Below, in pieces: positions 18,915 to 27,674 of a stretch of 64,000 nucleotides of DNA. The notes under the pieces are model-generated. The model was not told where the DNA came from and made no database searches. It was given only the letters and a program-made list of their open reading frames with translations. The stretch comes from an uncultured delta proteobacterium (lineage in GTDB: Bacteria; Desulfobacterota; Desulfobaccia; Desulfobaccales; 0-14-0-80-60-11): assembly GCA_963812015.1 (NCBI GenBank), contig CAWETI010000003.1, forward strand, positions 1,184,001 to 1,248,000, read 5' to 3'. Within the stretch, counting starts at the first letter, position 1. Each line of letters opens with the position of its first letter. Made by a program: the position numbers and the translations under genes.

Positions 18915-19400
18915 CCAATGAGGCCACGGTATATGTATAGATATGGATTTGCAGGATATGTCAAAGCTGAGAAATGATACGATATCGTTATAAAGAAAGA
19001 TCAACCCCAGGATTTTTATCGGGCGATATTTGAGTGCGCCAGAAGTGAGGGGTTAGAATGCATTATTTCCTTATATGATATGGAATCAGTGGCTTTTCTT
19101 AAAGAGATGCAGGCGGCGGCCATTAAGATCCCTTCCTCCAATATCAATCTAGAACTATTGATTCAAGCGGCCTACAAAGATCTACTTGTTTAATTTTGAT
19201 GATACCGTATTCTCTTATCTTCCCCTGGTCTATGCGAATGGATTCATCGCAAGAAATTTATTATTTACTATGATTGTTTTTTTACAGAAGCACCACAAAG
19301 AATGTTTTAGCCACACAGGGCGATGACCATGCCTTTGATGAAGTTGAGCTTAATCAGTTCCTTTACCTGGAGTCCCAGGCCCGCTATTATGCAAAAACGT
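18915..19400 (+). pseudogene. Remnant of a divergent NeuB-like gene (paralog of 24838-25896)
   Basis: Reads YRYGFAGYVKAEK*YDIVIKKDQPQDFYRAIFECARSEGLECIISLYDMESVAFLKEMQAAAIKIPSSNIN, aligning by eye with TYTYTHSRG...ERKIVPVEGYKRLFRECHELNLPFVCSVFDTEGID...IKIARDNID; right end approximate. Confidence 0.6.
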
Positions 19401-19428
19401 CGAATGATTCTTTAAGTAATTGGAAACC

Positions 19429-20604
19429 ATGAAGCGGAAAATTGTTTTTACCAGCCGGGATCCGGGAGCAGCAGGTCAACTGCTGCCAATCATCGAGCAG
19501 GTTAAGAAAGACGACTGGCTCATTCCCTATGTGGTGGCTTCGGGCGCGGCCCTGAAGTTTTTTACGTCAGCAGGGCACCATTGCATTCCCTTTGAGGAGG
19601 AAGTGGCCAGTGGTTACGACCAGAATGATTACCCAGTGCAACCGGCCAATGCTCGTGTCCGGGGGCTCGTCGACCAGGCCAGGGGGTTCCTGAACGCGTT
19701 GGACCCGGTTATTTTGGTTACCGGCCAGTCGTCGATGGGGTTTGGGGTAGACGAAATATTCATGTACGTAGCCAGGACCTTCAAACCGCATATTACCACT
19801 TTTACTTTTTTTGATTTTTGGGGCGGCTTTAATTCCTTAGGCGGGACACATGCGCACCACCTTCTGGTAATGGATGAGTTCGCGGCCAAGCTGACGGCCC
19901 CAGGGCGCCAATGCCAGATTCATGTCGTAGGCTCACCCAAACACGAAGTCAGCAGTCGTGTAAATGTTGCGGAGATTCGGAGGCAGGGCCGCATCGATCT
20001 AGGCCTGGACCATGAGACCCTGGCGATAAGCTTCTTTGCCCAAACTTCTAAGATTGCCGGCTATGTGGATAATTTTGCGTGTCTGATTGCAGCCCTGAGC
20101 GACATGAAGAGGAAGAATTTCAAGTTCTTCATTAAGGCTCATCCAAAGGAGATTGTAGAAACCGATAAGTTATTGGAATACGCCAGAAGCAAAGGAGTGG
20201 CGGCCCTCGTTTTTGCTGATCCCGCGGATAATCTGAAACTCATGGCTGCTTCTGATATCATTATACTGTGCACCTCCTTGATCTGCCTCGACCATGCGTA
20301 TCTGTCAAGTTCAGCCGCCACCCCCATCGGCTGTGTTCTCTATTTGGCCGTGGGGGAGGAAATCAAGGCTTATATGAGAGAAAACTACGGATTTGTGAGA
20401 AATCCCCTGGTGCAAATGGGAGTGGGATACGTGGCTGAGACCGCAACAGACTTGGAGCGCCAGCTTGCCGACATCGGGTCCAACAGTGAGATGATCGACA
20501 AGTATTTTAAGGAATCACAAAAGCTGAAGGGAGGTAAGGCGGTGCGGAATGTGGTTAATCTCTTGTACCAATATGCCTCCGGGGAGAGTGTATGGCCGAA
20601 CTAG
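19429..20604 (+). CDS. Hypothetical GT-B-like protein (CDP-glycerol glycerophosphotransferase/sialyltransferase-like)
   Basis: RDPGAA N-terminus, FFDFWG, VMDE, VVGSPKHE, FIKAHPKE, AASDIII motifs. Confidence 0.6.
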   Translation: MKRKIVFTSRDPGAAGQLLPIIEQVKKDDWLIPYVVASGAALKFFTSAGHHCIPFEEEVASGYDQNDYPVQPANARVRGLVDQARGFLNALDPVILVTGQSSMGFGVDEIFMYVARTFKPHITTFTFFDFWGGFNSLGGTHAHHLLVMDEFAAKLTAPGRQCQIHVVGSPKHEVSSRVNVAEIRRQGRIDLGLDHETLAISFFAQTSKIAGYVDNFACLIAALSDMKRKNFKFFIKAHPKEIVETDKLLEYARSKGVAALVFADPADNLKLMAASDIIILCTSLICLDHAYLSSSAATPIGCVLYLAVGEEIKAYMRENYGFVRNPLVQMGVGYVAETATDLERQLADIGSNSEMIDKYFKESQKLKGGKAVRNVVNLLYQYASGESVWPN

Positions 20605-21806
20605 AAGCCTTCTATGGTCTTCCCCGGACCGTAGTCTTTTGCAGCAAATGCGTAATTTCCAACCAGCGGCCCAGCTCGGTGGTGGAGTTTAAAAGCAAGG
20701 CTGGGGATCCTAAGCCTACCATCGAATTTGATAAGGAAGGGGTCTGCAGCGCTTGCCGCTTTGCCGAAAAAAAAGAGAAGATCATTGATTGGACCCAACG
20801 GGAAGCGGAGCTGAAGGAACTCTGCGCCAAACACCGCAGCAAAGACGGCCGGTATGATTGTATCGTCCCCGGCAGCGGTGGTAAGGATAGCACTTTTGCG
20901 GCTCATATCTTAAAATACCAGTACGGCATGAATCCACTCACCGTAACCTGGGCCCCACATAAGTATACGAAAGTGGGTTGGAAAAATTTTCAAAACTGGA
21001 TGCACGCGGGTTTCGATAACATCCTGGTCACTCCCAATGGAAAAGTACACCGGCTCTTGACCAGACTGGCGTTCGAAATTTTATGCCACCCATTTCAACC
21101 CTTTATTATCGGCCAGAAGCTTATTGCACCGCGGTTTTCTGGGATGTTCGGCATCCCGTTAATCTTTTATGGCGAAAATCAGGCGGAATACGGGAACAAT
21201 ATTGAGGAGAATGATCGTCCGACCATGGATCCGGCTTTTTTCATGGCGGAGCCTAACCTGGACACTATGGTTCTGGGTGGGGTTCCGGCCCTTCAATTGA
21301 TGGAAGAATACGAGGTGAGCCGCAACGATTTGAACCCTTACCTGTCCATCGACCCGCAACGGCTCAGGGAGGTGGGGACCGAGGTCCACTATTTGAGCTA
21401 TTATTTAAGGTGGGATCCCCAGGAGTGTTATTATTACGCCGCGGAGCACACCGGTTTTCAGGCCAATACGGAGCGCACCGAGGGTTCCTATTCCAAGTAT
21501 TCCTCCATCGACGATCGCATAGACCCCTTGCATTACTACACTACGTATATTAAATTCGGCATCGGCCGGGCCACTTATGACGCGGCCCAGGAAATCAGAA
21601 ACCAGAAGATTACCCGGGAGGAGGGGGTGGCTCTGGTGCACCGTTTCGATCACGAGTTTCCCAGCAATTACTTCCAGGAGATCCTTGAATATATGGGGAT
21701 CACCGAAGCAAGATTCTGGGAAGTCATTGATCGGGCACGTTCCCCTCACCTCTGGAAAAAAGAGCATGGTTCATGGGTGCTGAGGCACAGGGTGCAAAAT
21801 TTATGA
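20592..21806 (+). CDS. N-acetyl sugar amidotransferase (WbuX/WbpG/PseA-like, PP-loop)
   Basis: CSKC, CSAC, YDCIVPGSGGKDS PP-loop, KFGIGRATYDAAQEIR. Confidence 0.93.
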   Translation: MAELEAFYGLPRTVVFCSKCVISNQRPSSVVEFKSKAGDPKPTIEFDKEGVCSACRFAEKKEKIIDWTQREAELKELCAKHRSKDGRYDCIVPGSGGKDSTFAAHILKYQYGMNPLTVTWAPHKYTKVGWKNFQNWMHAGFDNILVTPNGKVHRLLTRLAFEILCHPFQPFIIGQKLIAPRFSGMFGIPLIFYGENQAEYGNNIEENDRPTMDPAFFMAEPNLDTMVLGGVPALQLMEEYEVSRNDLNPYLSIDPQRLREVGTEVHYLSYYLRWDPQECYYYAAEHTGFQANTERTEGSYSKYSSIDDRIDPLHYYTTYIKFGIGRATYDAAQEIRNQKITREEGVALVHRFDHEFPSNYFQEILEYMGITEARFWEVIDRARSPHLWKKEHGSWVLRHRVQNL

Positions 21807-21887
21807 CAAAAATATTTCCCTCCATGCCTGGTCCCGCAAGGCAACTTGCCGATTCGAGCCAAATCCACTAACAAGAAGGTCCAAAGG

Positions 21888-22586
21888 GTGTCAAAGATTT
21901 GTGGCATCATCCCCGCTCGCGGCGGGTCAAAGCGTCTGCCCAAGAAAAACCTGCTGCCTTTGGCCGGGGTGCCATTGATTGGGCATACTATTCTGGCTGC
22001 ACAAGCGTGTCCCGGAATCACGGAATGCATTGTCAGCACCGAGGATGCTGAGATCAAGCGGGTCAGTCTGGCTTATGGCGCCAGGGTTATTGACCGGCCG
22101 GCCCATTTGGCCACTGATGAGGCCCAGACCCATGAAGTGGTGGCGCATGTCCTGGAAGAGCTCCGGGCCGAAGGGCAACTGCCTGACTATTTGGTTCTGC
22201 TGCAGCCGACCTCGCCCTTACGCCAAGCTGCCCACATTCAGGCTTGTCTGGATGCATTTTTTGCGTCCACAGCAGTCAGCGCCATTAGCGTGAGCAAAGA
22301 GGAACATCACCCGTATAAAGACTTCCTCGTGCAAGGTGGCTTGTTGCAGCCGCTCTTCGAAGGTCAGAATCCGGAACTGGTCCGACAGAAATTACCTGAG
22401 GTATATCGCCAGAACGGGGCAATTTATCTCCTGTCGTCGGAGCTGTTTCTCTCCAAGCTGGTGTTTTTCAACCCTCCCGCCTTGGCCTTCATCATGAACC
22501 AGGAAGACAGTATCGACATCGACATCGAGGTCGACCTCTTATTGGCAGAATTAATCATGGCGAGGCGAAATAAGGGAGCTGCCTGA
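21888..22586 (+). CDS. neuA: Acylneuraminate cytidylyltransferase (CMP-NulO synthetase) NeuA
   Basis: IIPARGGSKRLPKKN, VSTED, LLQPTSPLR, NGAIY, SIDIDIEVD; GTG start. Confidence 0.93.
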   Translation: MSKICGIIPARGGSKRLPKKNLLPLAGVPLIGHTILAAQACPGITECIVSTEDAEIKRVSLAYGARVIDRPAHLATDEAQTHEVVAHVLEELRAEGQLPDYLVLLQPTSPLRQAAHIQACLDAFFASTAVSAISVSKEEHHPYKDFLVQGGLLQPLFEGQNPELVRQKLPEVYRQNGAIYLLSSELFLSKLVFFNPPALAFIMNQEDSIDIDIEVDLLLAELIMARRNKGAA

Positions 22587-22602
22587 TCTCTGATAAATTA
22601 TT

Positions 22603-23364
22603 ATGAGTAATGTTAGGTTGATCGCGAGGCTCGATATTAAAGGCCCCAATCTGATTAAAGGCATCCAGCTCGAAGGTCTTCGAGTGTTGGGCGACCCCAA
22701 TGATTTTGCCCGGCGTTATTATGAAGACGGGGCCGACGAAATCATTTATCTGGATGTGGTGGCAAGCCTTTATGGGCGTGACAATTTAATGAAGGTTATT
22801 TCCCACACGACCCAGGCCGTGTTTATTCCCTTAACCGTAGGCGGCGGGGTGAGGTCTATCGATGATGTTAAGGAGTTGCTGCGGGCCGGGGCCGACAAGG
22901 TGGCCATTAATACCGCGGCGGTGAAGGACCCCGGGTTAATTACCAGGGTGGCCCACCGTTTTGGGTCGCAGTGTATGGTCCTTTCCATCGAAGCCAAACG
23001 CGTGGGCTCCGGGAAGTGGGAGGCCTACACCGACAACGGCCGGGAACGGACGTGGTTGGACGCGGTTACGTGGGCCCAACAAGGGGTTGGCCTGGGGGCG
23101 GGAGAGATTCTCTTGACCTCAGTGGACCGGGAAGGCACTAGGAAGGGCTTTGATGTGGAGTTGGTCCGGGCCGTGTCCGAAACCGTGGACGTACCCGTCA
23201 TCGCCAGCGGCGGCATGGGAAGCATCCAACATTTACTTGAGGTGGTTAGGGTGGGGAAGGCGGATGCGGTGGCCATGGCCGACATCATCCACTACCGCCG
23301 CCAAACATTGCTCCAAATCAGGCAGGCCGCCCTGGCGGCCGGCTTGTCGGTGCGAGAGTTATGA
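22603..23364 (+). CDS. hisF: HisF-like cyclase subunit of LPS-cluster type (WbuZ/HisF2)
   Basis: RLIARLDIKG-NLIKG, DVVASLYGR, TVGGGVRS, LTSVDREGT, IASGG; lies between the amidotransferase and hisH. Confidence 0.9.
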   Translation: MSNVRLIARLDIKGPNLIKGIQLEGLRVLGDPNDFARRYYEDGADEIIYLDVVASLYGRDNLMKVISHTTQAVFIPLTVGGGVRSIDDVKELLRAGADKVAINTAAVKDPGLITRVAHRFGSQCMVLSIEAKRVGSGKWEAYTDNGRERTWLDAVTWAQQGVGLGAGEILLTSVDREGTRKGFDVELVRAVSETVDVPVIASGGMGSIQHLLEVVRVGKADAVAMADIIHYRRQTLLQIRQAALAAGLSVREL

Positions 23365-24005
23365 AGCGATTTGTCTCGGTGGTTGATTATGGCATGGGGA
23401 ATCTGCGCAGTGTTCATATGGCCTTAAAACACTGTGGCGGCGAAGTCCAGATCACTGATTCGCCGAACCAGATTCGCTCGGCGGACCGCTTGGTCCTCCC
23501 AGGGGTTGGAGCCTTCGCGGACGGCATGGCCGAATTGCAGCTAAGGGGACTGGTGGCAGCCATTCAAGAATATGCCCAAAGGGGCCACCCCTTTCTGGGT
23601 ATTTGCTTGGGCATGCAGATGATGTTTGATGGTAGTGAAGAGTTTCAGGATACCACCGGGTTGGGCCTAATCCCCGGCAAGGTTGTGGCGATTCCGCCCA
23701 CTGCGGCAGACGGCCTCCCCCACAAGATTCCCCATATGGGCTGGAACAAGTTACTCATCCCGGTGGCCGGGGCCCAATGGGATAAAACCATTCTTGATGG
23801 CATTAAGCCCGGGGTTGAGGTATACTTTGTCCATTCATACACTAGCGTCCCTGACCGCGTCGCAGACCGCCTGGCGGATTCCGACTATTATGGGCGGATA
23901 ATTTCCGCCGCGGTGCGGTCCGATAATTTATCTGGCTGTCAGTTTCATCCGGAAAAAAGCGGGGAAGTGGGGCTGCACATTATTCGAAATTTCCTGGCGC
24001 TTTGA
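23361..24005 (+). CDS. hisH: HisH-like glutamine amidotransferase of LPS-cluster type (WbuY/HisH2)
   Basis: DYGMGNLRSV, LPGVGAF, GICLGMQ, PHMGWN, YFVHSY, QFHPEKS. Confidence 0.93.
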   Translation: MKRFVSVVDYGMGNLRSVHMALKHCGGEVQITDSPNQIRSADRLVLPGVGAFADGMAELQLRGLVAAIQEYAQRGHPFLGICLGMQMMFDGSEEFQDTTGLGLIPGKVVAIPPTAADGLPHKIPHMGWNKLLIPVAGAQWDKTILDGIKPGVEVYFVHSYTSVPDRVADRLADSDYYGRIISAAVRSDNLSGCQFHPEKSGEVGLHIIRNFLAL

Positions 24006-24754
24006 GGAATGATGGGATGGATACAAGAAAAGATCACCTGATTAATGCAGCTTATCGTAACCAGGCGCATTATATCACTGAGGGATGGAGCCAGAAGCCG
24101 AAGGAAATTTTCAAGAAGCTGGTCTCTCTGATCCAAAGGCAGTCGGGCCACGAAAACGCCAGGGTGCTTGATGTGGGTTGTGCCACCGGAGAATTGATCT
24201 ACTATTTGAAATCTTGTTTTGGTGGGATGGAGCTAACCGGAGTCGATATTTTTCCAGAGCTTATTGAAGAAGCGCAACATCTGGCACCTTTTGCGCATTT
24301 TCAAATGGCTTCGGTTACGGATTTACCGGAAGATCTTACCGACCGCTACGATATTGTGCTGGCCATGGGAGTTTTGGGGATTTTCGATATTAAAGAAGCG
24401 CCGCGATTTTTTGGAAATCTCTTGCGATGCACCCACAAAGGAGGGAGGATTTACGTTTCCAGCCACTTCAACGATCATCCCGCGGATGTCATGATTCGCC
24501 ACCGTAAGCGCATGAATGGACAATTAAGAGATTGGGAAAAGGGCTGGAATATCTATTCCAAGGAAACTATTGGAGAAATCCTCCAGGGACAGTGCAAGAC
24601 CCACCAATTCCATGAGTTTCACCTACCGATCCCCTTAGCACCAAAACCTGACCCGGTGCGGTCCTGGACTATCCGAACTGAGCACAACCCTTATCAATTG
24701 GTAAATGGCTTAAAATTGATGATCGATCTGAGTATACTGGAAATAGTGGTCTGA
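24002..24754 (+). CDS. Class I SAM-dependent methyltransferase
   Basis: VLDVGCATGE motif I, TGVDIF, YDIVLAMGV. Confidence 0.85.
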   Translation: MRNDGMDTRKDHLINAAYRNQAHYITEGWSQKPKEIFKKLVSLIQRQSGHENARVLDVGCATGELIYYLKSCFGGMELTGVDIFPELIEEAQHLAPFAHFQMASVTDLPEDLTDRYDIVLAMGVLGIFDIKEAPRFFGNLLRCTHKGGRIYVSSHFNDHPADVMIRHRKRMNGQLRDWEKGWNIYSKETIGEILQGQCKTHQFHEFHLPIPLAPKPDPVRSWTIRTEHNPYQLVNGLKLMIDLSILEIVV

Positions 24755-24755
24755 A

Positions 24756-24836
24756 AACTTATCTGACTGCCAGTTTCATCCGGGAAGAAGCGGGGCTATT
24801 GGCTTGAAACTTTTAAAAAATTTCCTGGAACTGTAA
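24756..24836 (+). pseudogene. Orphan 3' end of a second hisH gene
   Basis: NLSDCQFHPGRSGAIGLKLLKNFLEL* versus NLSGCQFHPEKSGEVGLHIIRNFLAL* at the end of the intact hisH. Confidence 0.85.
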
Positions 24837-24837
24837 T

Positions 24838-25896
24838 ATGCGTGGGGAAATAGAGCCGGTTAATCTGGGCGGGGTGATGGTGGGCGATGCATACCCCACG
24901 GTATTTATGGCAGAAATCGGCGCTTTTTTTGATCAGGACGTCGATCTGGCCCTCAGCTACTTATATGCCAGCGCAGCAGCCGGAGCGGCGGTCTTCAAAA
25001 CCGAAATCCTCTTAAATCCTGATATCTGCCTGGCGGGTACGGGTACGACCTACACTTACACTCACTCTCGAGGCACGGCTGCCGAAGAGTTGCGGTCGAT
25101 CATCGAACGGAAAATCGTGCCTGTAGAAGGTTACAAGAGGTTGTTTAGGGAATGCCACGAGTTAAACCTGCCCTTTGTGTGCAGCGTATTCGATACTGAA
25201 GGCATTGACCTGGTGGTTCAGGAAAACGGGGTTGGCATTAAGATTGCGCGTGACAATATCGATAATATCGGTTTGATTCGCTATGCTGCCGCCACCGGAT
25301 TGGTTCTCTTTTTCGACGCGGGAAACGTTACGTTAGATGAACTTGCCCTGGCCGTGAGGACTGCCCGGGAATCCGGCACCGGCGGCATCATCATCAATCA
25401 CCACCCTGCGGCTAATCCGGCTCCCCCGGAAGTTCACCACCTTCGGGTTATCGAGACCTACAAAAAAATGTTTAAGGTCCCCATCGGGCTTGCCTGCCAT
25501 TACCGTGGCAATGAGATCATGTATGCGGCCGTCGGGGCTGGGGTGAACCTCATCGAAAAAGGCATTGATGCTGATCCGGATCGACTTGATCTGGATCTAA
25601 TTTCCGCTGCCAGCCTGGCAGAGTTACCTGATATCGTCCAACAGGTCCGTAATTGCTGGCTGGCCCTGGGGCAGGATACCCCCCAGATCAAGGAGCCCAG
25701 AAAGACCGCCTTCCGGAAATGCCTCATCGCCAAAAAGGACATCGTAAGGGGGGAAAAGCTAACCATCGAAAACCTCGGTTTTGCCTTGCCCCCGCTGGGC
25801 ATCCCTCCAAACTTTTGGGATCTTATCGTTGACAAGGAAGCAGCAAGAGATATCGCCAAGAACAAGGTTCTGGTCTGGGAGGATATCAAAATGTAG
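24838..25896 (+). CDS. Divergent NeuB-family protein with SAF domain
   Basis: FMAEIGAFF, SVFD...IKI, GLACH, AVGAGVNLIEK, RKCLIAKKDIVRGEKLT SAF tail; several canonical motifs altered. Confidence 0.82.
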   Translation: MRGEIEPVNLGGVMVGDAYPTVFMAEIGAFFDQDVDLALSYLYASAAAGAAVFKTEILLNPDICLAGTGTTYTYTHSRGTAAEELRSIIERKIVPVEGYKRLFRECHELNLPFVCSVFDTEGIDLVVQENGVGIKIARDNIDNIGLIRYAAATGLVLFFDAGNVTLDELALAVRTARESGTGGIIINHHPAANPAPPEVHHLRVIETYKKMFKVPIGLACHYRGNEIMYAAVGAGVNLIEKGIDADPDRLDLDLISAASLAELPDIVQQVRNCWLALGQDTPQIKEPRKTAFRKCLIAKKDIVRGEKLTIENLGFALPPLGIPPNFWDLIVDKEAARDIAKNKVLVWEDIKM

Positions 25897-26017
25897 TTCT
25901 CTGCTTATTTTCTAAGCCGTCTTGAAATCTTTGTGGGGCAAAATGCCCATCCTTGATGGGTAATTTGTTAAAGATCATAGCATTTCCAAAATTATCTGAC
26001 CTAATAATTATGTAGGG

Positions 26018-26350
26018 GTGCAGTTTTTATTAAAATATGATGATTTTGCCCAAATGAGAACAATAAGCCCAGTCAATGTTTACCCAGGAAGTCCATTATA
26101 TTACTATGCCATTGAAAAAGGATTGCTTAAGGATTGTCAGGATTTCTATGAAAACAAGCACATTAACTCAGACTTGCTAACGGTTAATTTTACTGAATTG
26201 TCTGATCAGGAGTTTCATGAGGCTCTCCATCATGCAAATTCAAGGTTAATCGAGAACTATCATAAAGCTAAACTAAGTTATTATTTAAAGCAAACCGATA
26301 ACCTGTACTTTAACACTGACGCTAGCTTTCGAGGCTATAGGCAGTACTGA
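26018..26350 (+). pseudogene. 3' remnant of a B12-binding radical SAM gene (paralog of 39052-40452)
   Basis: RTISPVNVYPGSPLYYYAIEKGLL...KHINSDLLTVNFTE...SFRGYRQY matches RTIRPVTPYPGSPLYYYAIEKGLL...KHLNSDLFSVNFTE...SFRGFRQT; N-terminal ~350 aa missing. Confidence 0.9.
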
Positions 26351-26372
26351 ACTTGCTTTAGCGGATTTCTTT

Positions 26373-27404
26373 ATGAAATTAAGACAGGCGGAATTGGCCT
26401 GGCCTGGTGGAGATACCCCGGGAAAACTCAGGTTCAAAGGGAAAGTCGCCGATTATGCGGCGGAGATCATAATTAAGGCACTGCGCGGGGTCTTTCCCGA
26501 CACGCAAATCGATGACCATCAAATTACTGCCTTACAGCCCACCTCAGATATTCCTGGACGGTATCGATTTTCCTGCAAAAGCGGTGATTGGTTTGTCAGA
26601 ATATCTGCCCGCTTGGGCCATCCTGAACTGGAAAAAAGTGTCATCGATCATCTGTCGGCCTCCGGATTAACGGTGAACCCCATCGTAGCGTTCCAGCTAG
26701 TTGAGCTGGATGGGCAGCAATTCCGCCTGGATGTGCGTCCATTTTTGCGGGGCAGACATTTTAACGGCTCTTTAGATGATATTGCTCGGGTCGCCTGCCA
26801 CCTCAGGATGGTTCATCGGGCTCTGGCGAATTTTGAAGGGGCCGGACAAATCCATCAGATAGCCAGCCATCAGTATGAAGGGCTTGCCGGAATTAAAGAT
26901 CGTATGGCCCATTGCCTGGCAAGAGGAAACTTTGACTTCTTCGCTGAGCATGCCGAGTGGGCCAGGGAGCAGGCAAGGTGGCTCAGGGACCTGGTTGAAA
27001 TGTTCGACCCCCGGCTGCAGTTCAGCCCATTGGCCCAGTGCATACACGGAGAAGTTCATCCTGGCAATGTCATCTTTTCCCAAGAAGGCGAGGTCGTGCT
27101 GGTCGATTTCGAGGAGAGTGTGCATCATTTCACCTCACCCTTATGGGACCTGACCTTTTTGGTGCAACGCTTTTGTCTCGGGGATGACCCGGAGGAGGCA
27201 CTCCTTCGAGAGAGGCTATCGGTGGTTGCTGAGCAGTATGGCACGTCCTTACAAGGGCTGTCTTTGATGATGCGACAGATCGCCTGGTATTCCGTGGCTA
27301 TGCTGCTGCATTATCGGCTTAATCATGTCGTCTCGCCCAGGTCTGAATGGGACAAATTTGTTAGGCTCGAACGCCAGGCCCGGACCTTAGAACATATTTT
27401 ATGA
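26373..27404 (+). CDS. Aminoglycoside phosphotransferase/homoserine kinase II-like (APH family) protein
   Basis: CIHGEVHPGNVIF...LVDFE and PLWDL motifs of the APH/choline kinase fold. Confidence 0.75.
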   Translation: MKLRQAELAWPGGDTPGKLRFKGKVADYAAEIIIKALRGVFPDTQIDDHQITALQPTSDIPGRYRFSCKSGDWFVRISARLGHPELEKSVIDHLSASGLTVNPIVAFQLVELDGQQFRLDVRPFLRGRHFNGSLDDIARVACHLRMVHRALANFEGAGQIHQIASHQYEGLAGIKDRMAHCLARGNFDFFAEHAEWAREQARWLRDLVEMFDPRLQFSPLAQCIHGEVHPGNVIFSQEGEVVLVDFEESVHHFTSPLWDLTFLVQRFCLGDDPEEALLRERLSVVAEQYGTSLQGLSLMMRQIAWYSVAMLLHYRLNHVVSPRSEWDKFVRLERQARTLEHIL

Positions 27405-27635
27405 GCCACCATAAAAAAATCCTGTTCTCCACCCGTGATCCGGGGGCAGCATGAAAAACCTAAGCTGGTTCTGAAAGAGCACCCGAAGTCACGCCGAGTG
27501 AGGAATCAGCATGTTGAAAAGGCGGAGGACATGGCTGTCGACATTGATGAACCCGAGTACTGGGAGCACCTATCAAGTCTTATTGCCCGCTGGCATTACG
27601 CCGAAGAGCGCGCTTGGTCTCAGCTGGCGCCATGA
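27401..27635 (+). pseudogene. Mosaic remnant: N-terminus of a 19429-type transferase plus a NeuA-like C-terminus
   Basis: MSHHKKILFSTRDPGAA* (cf. MKRKIVFTSRDPGAA), then LVLKEHPK (cf. FIKAHPK), then AVDIDEPEYWE (cf. NeuA SIDID motif). Confidence 0.6.
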
Positions 27636-27674
27636 TCAGCCGCGAGGCGCTCAGTACCACCATGAGGCGATTAC

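Noticed and set aside
22603..24005. Histidine biosynthesis operon
   Set aside because: No other his genes; context and motifs match the LPS-associated HisF2/HisH2 paralogs
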